DNA of 63,375 bases, the filler included, from Choristocarpus tenellus KU-1152 (taxonomy: Eukaryota; Protista; Phaeophyceae), in the NCBI GenBank assembly GCA_964200185.2. It is 11 parts of 11 records of this genome, joined end to end, with 100 filler letters (N's around TTAATTAATTAA, not from the genome) between each part and the next. Parts side by side here need not be neighbours in the genome. Positions count along the whole stretch, not along the records: positions 57,451 to 60,769 come from CAXNAD020020835.1; positions 60,870 to 63,375 come from CAXNAD020027235.1; 9 more parts are not named here. One strand, written 5' to 3'. The translations under genes and the position numbers were made by a program. Below, piece after piece: positions 60,270-63,375 of this stretch (positions are counted from its first letter, which is position 1; each line of letters starts with the position of its first letter). The notes beneath the pieces are model-generated. The model did no database searches, was not told the DNA's origin, and saw nothing but the letters and a program-made list of their open reading frames with translations.

Positions 60270-60769
60270 TTCCCTTGAGAACCTTTAAACAGATGTAAAG
60301 TTCGCAAAGGTTACTCACAACGATAAGTTCGCAATTAGACAGGTGTAAGGAAGTGGTCTACTCACTCCGTTGGCTTTAGATACCTCAAACATGCATCCTT
60401 TCTTAGTAACGAGTGTGTAATTATGTGTTGAGTGATTATGAAGAAAATATTCAAAGAGAGGCGTTATTGTGTTTATTGTTGTATATTCCTACTAACTGAT
60501 TGGTTTACTTGATTGGACACTCGTTGGAAATAAGTTGGAGCGTGGAGAAAAATAACAAGAATAATATTTATTGTTGAAAATTGGATCAGTTTTAGTATAT
60601 TATTAATATGGATTTCAACATTTTGGACGTTTGTGACCGAAAATGCTAAACCAAAACCACAACCTCCAAAAAAGTCTACTTTTAATCGGAAATATGTGTG
60701 GAAAGCATGTTTGTCTGTTATTATACCGTATTGCTCGTATGCCATATACCGTTATACCGTGGTACCGAG

Positions 60770-60869
60770 NNNNNNNNNNNNNNNNNNNNNNNNNNNNNNN
60801 NNNNNNNNNNNNNTTAATTAATTAANNNNNNNNNNNNNNNNNNNNNNNNNNNNNNNNNNNNNNNNNNNN
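60770..60869. other. Artificial contig linker
   Basis: 44N-TTAATTAATTAA-44N. Confidence 0.98.
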
Positions 60870-60979
60870 GTCGAAGGTGGGCTTGGTTGTGGAGGATCAT
60901 CCCCTGCTTGTAATATACAAGACGAGGGAGGGGGGGGCGCCCTCTCGCAGCCACTGATAACCATCTCAGATATTGTCAG

Positions 60980-63338
60980 GACATGGTTCTTCTCACGCAC
61001 AACGATGGGACAATGTTCACATGCAACAAGCGAGTCACCGTCGACGACATCTTTGGCCACGGGAGTGATACATCTCCTCCGGTACTCCAAACCATGTGTG
61101 ATGTCGAGTACCAAGGTGCTGCAAAGGACATCCCCATGAGGGCCCTCCACTTCCTCGTTAACAGGTTCGTTAATAACGTCACACACACCCTTCTTCACAG
61201 GAGCAGCGGCTTTTCTTGTATAGGTGTAGATCATCGTTAAACAGTAACACAACAAGCTGGGTGACAGTTCAGGGGCGTCAAACCGTACCACAAGTGTGTT
61301 TCCCTGAATCAGTACGTTAAGCATCAAACGCACCAAGAGTGTCTTGCCCTGTATCGGTATGTTACTCATACATTGCGATATGATGAATCCGTGCGCAATA
61401 CAATGTACTCCTCGGGATAATTGACGAACTGCCCTCCTATGATAGGTACACGATTGCTGGGGACACCGTCGTCTACTTCAGCGCAGAGAGGCACAACGTG
61501 GTGGAGGTGGCCCTTGAACGGAGCAGGAGGGTGGAGGTGTTCGTGTCCAACGCTGCGTCAAAGGACGAGGTGAAAGAGAAGATGGAGACCTCCTTCGGCC
61601 AAGCCTACAAGGACGGCAAGTGGAAGGTAACAAGGGTATGCTGGCTTTTTTCCCATTGCTTTCCAACCTGTTATCTGTCTTGGTTCGCTATGGATAGGTG
61701 TCAGGCGTGCGATTGTTGTAGTGATGTTTCCTTGTCGATGTTTACAAGTTGCTAACACGGTGCACGCGGTGACCCACACCACAAACGGAAATCGCGAGAC
61801 CCCAAGACTTTGTGTGTGAGTGTCGGTACGTCGTAATGTCCTCCTTCCCCACACGAAAAAACAAACGTGCTGCGGTACACCATAACATCTTTAACCAACG
61901 CCGGAATAATCCCACCATACGTGACGAAACCTTATCACATGGCAAACACTTCAATGCCACATGGTTGGGCTGTCACATGTACGCACATGATGCTGCTGGT
62001 ATCCACGTCTCTCGTTCAAGAACGCGTGATAAGCCCTTCCTGCCTGCCGGAAGCCTTGGGGCAGATCCTCGTCCCAACGGAGACGCAGCGATGTTTTGCT
62101 GAGGCCAACAATCCTCAGGGAAAGGCAATGGGATGCAATGAGGCGACCGTTTTGATTGCGAAGACGGTGGCGACGGACTTCGGCTACCAGATCGAGGTGA
62201 ATCTGGTATAGAATGCACTTCGTTACATATTTTGTGAAGAACGAACAGCAGAGTCAAGCTCTTTGCACGAGGAATAAAATATATATATTCCCGAGTCCAA
62301 CCTATCTAATGCGGCACCCAAATACGTCGCATAGAAAACTATGGGACTTGCGGGTAAGTATTGGATCCGTCGTGTGTTCAACGTTTGCCACAATAAGGCT
62401 GCCGTTTTTGCACCACCTTCGGACGAAATTACCTCCAAATCACGAACATTCATGAATGACCGAACTCTGCCCCCCCCCCCCCACCCCCCCCCCCCCCCCC
62501 CACCCCCCCCCCCCCCTTTCCCTCCCCCCCCCAACACCCCTCCACCCCCCTCAACCCCACCGCCGTCTTTGTCTTCCACAATGCTCAGCCGCGTGCAAGC
62601 TCACCCTTGAATCCCGCGGAAATGGCCTTATTCCCGCTTGAAGGGAAAGACTACAAAGTCGGCGGAAATGACTTCCCTGCTTGGGGTGATCTCGAAGTGT
62701 GCAACTCTCGATCAGAGGCCTTCCATTCGATCTCTCTTGAAGACCAAGAAGAACAGTGCATTCAGCTGCTTCATGTGGCCAACAACAAACAGCTCAAGCG
62801 AATGCTTTCGCCTGGAATGAAGGTGTGTGGGCCGTGTGCAGAGCTCTACTTGCACGTGGCAGCCACTTGCCCTCTGTACTACATGTGTTGGACCGAAAAG
62901 GCAAACGACGCCAACATTGAATTCACATCAAAAGTTCAGCAGAGCGGAAGCCGTCACCAGGTCCTCCTCCCCTTCTCCCAGGTTGGCCCCGGGCAGATGT
63001 TCGTCACACCTGTAGTCGGGAGGGTGTGCAAACCCCGGGCAAAGAATGCAAGATCACCATTCAACGTGCTCCCGGGTCTTACAGTAGTGCGTTCTCGTGG
63101 GTTCGAAATGCTTGATTCAGACTCGGACTTGACGCCAATGACCACTAGAAAGCGCAAGTGCCCCTCTTCCCGCACGGGTGGAAAGGGGAAAGGTCGCAAG
63201 GTATGGAGGGACGCCGTTGATTCTGCCATGGAAGACGACCCGGAGTATATCATCGACATGGAGGAGGACGAGGAGGAAGAAGAGGATGATGAAGAGTATG
63301 ATGGAGAGGAGGATGAAGGGGATGACGAAGAGGAGTAA
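60980..63338 (+). CDS. Hypothetical multi-exon protein with CxxC/His motif, basic NLS-like segment and acidic C-terminal tail
   Basis: GC-richer exon-like blocks at ~60980-61163, ~61446-61626, ~62021-62196, an 18-nt exon at 62335-62352 (KLWDLR|GTAAGT) and 62589-63338. The last three join in phase. The terminal exon contains VCGPCAELYLHVAATCP, TRKRK and a D/E tail ending in TAA. Confidence 0.65.
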
Positions 63339-63375
63339 GAAGAGGATCGGGAAGGGGGGCGGGAAGGAGGGGGGG

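Noticed and set aside
11153-60869. Regularly recurring TTAATTAATTAA motif within N-runs
   Set aside because: It is an artificial six-frame-stop linker of constant 100-bp length. It also invalidates any gene-cluster interpretation across contigs.
62223-62641. Poly-Gly/poly-Pro ORFs
   Set aside because: They are translations of an intronic poly-C tract.

Overview
This is eukaryotic, intron-rich genomic DNA and not one continuous locus. Eleven short contigs are joined by ten artificial 100-bp linkers (44 N + TTAATTAATTAA + 44 N), so neighbours across a linker are not biological neighbours. Long introns, TTAGGG telomere-type repeats, DD39D (plant/oomycete-type) mariners and a GH16 beta-glucanase suggest a stramenopile, probably a brown alga; this is inference only. 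Exons reconstructed by hand give one complete gene, a 6-exon P5/ERp38-type protein disulfide isomerase. They also give partial genes for a GH16 glucanase, BCKDH E1-beta, an organellar leucyl-tRNA synthetase, CAF1/POP2 deadenylase, a pheophytinase-like alpha/beta hydrolase and a phospholipid scramblase, plus three spliced genes of unknown function and a decayed MINDY-3/4 deubiquitinase exon. Mobile DNA is abundant: Ty3/gypsy remnants, DD39D mariner remnants with Stowaway-type ends, a hAT-like non-autonomous element, a palindromic TA-flanked MITE, and two related high-copy MITE families sharing AAAGTATCT termini. The most unusual signals are pervasive short (TTAGGG)2-5 micro-arrays in introns and intergenic DNA, the sister MITE families, two GC-AG introns, and unannotated Cys-motif proteins. 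I cannot support a claim of a discrete new multi-gene system. Most ORFs in the supplied track are spurious.
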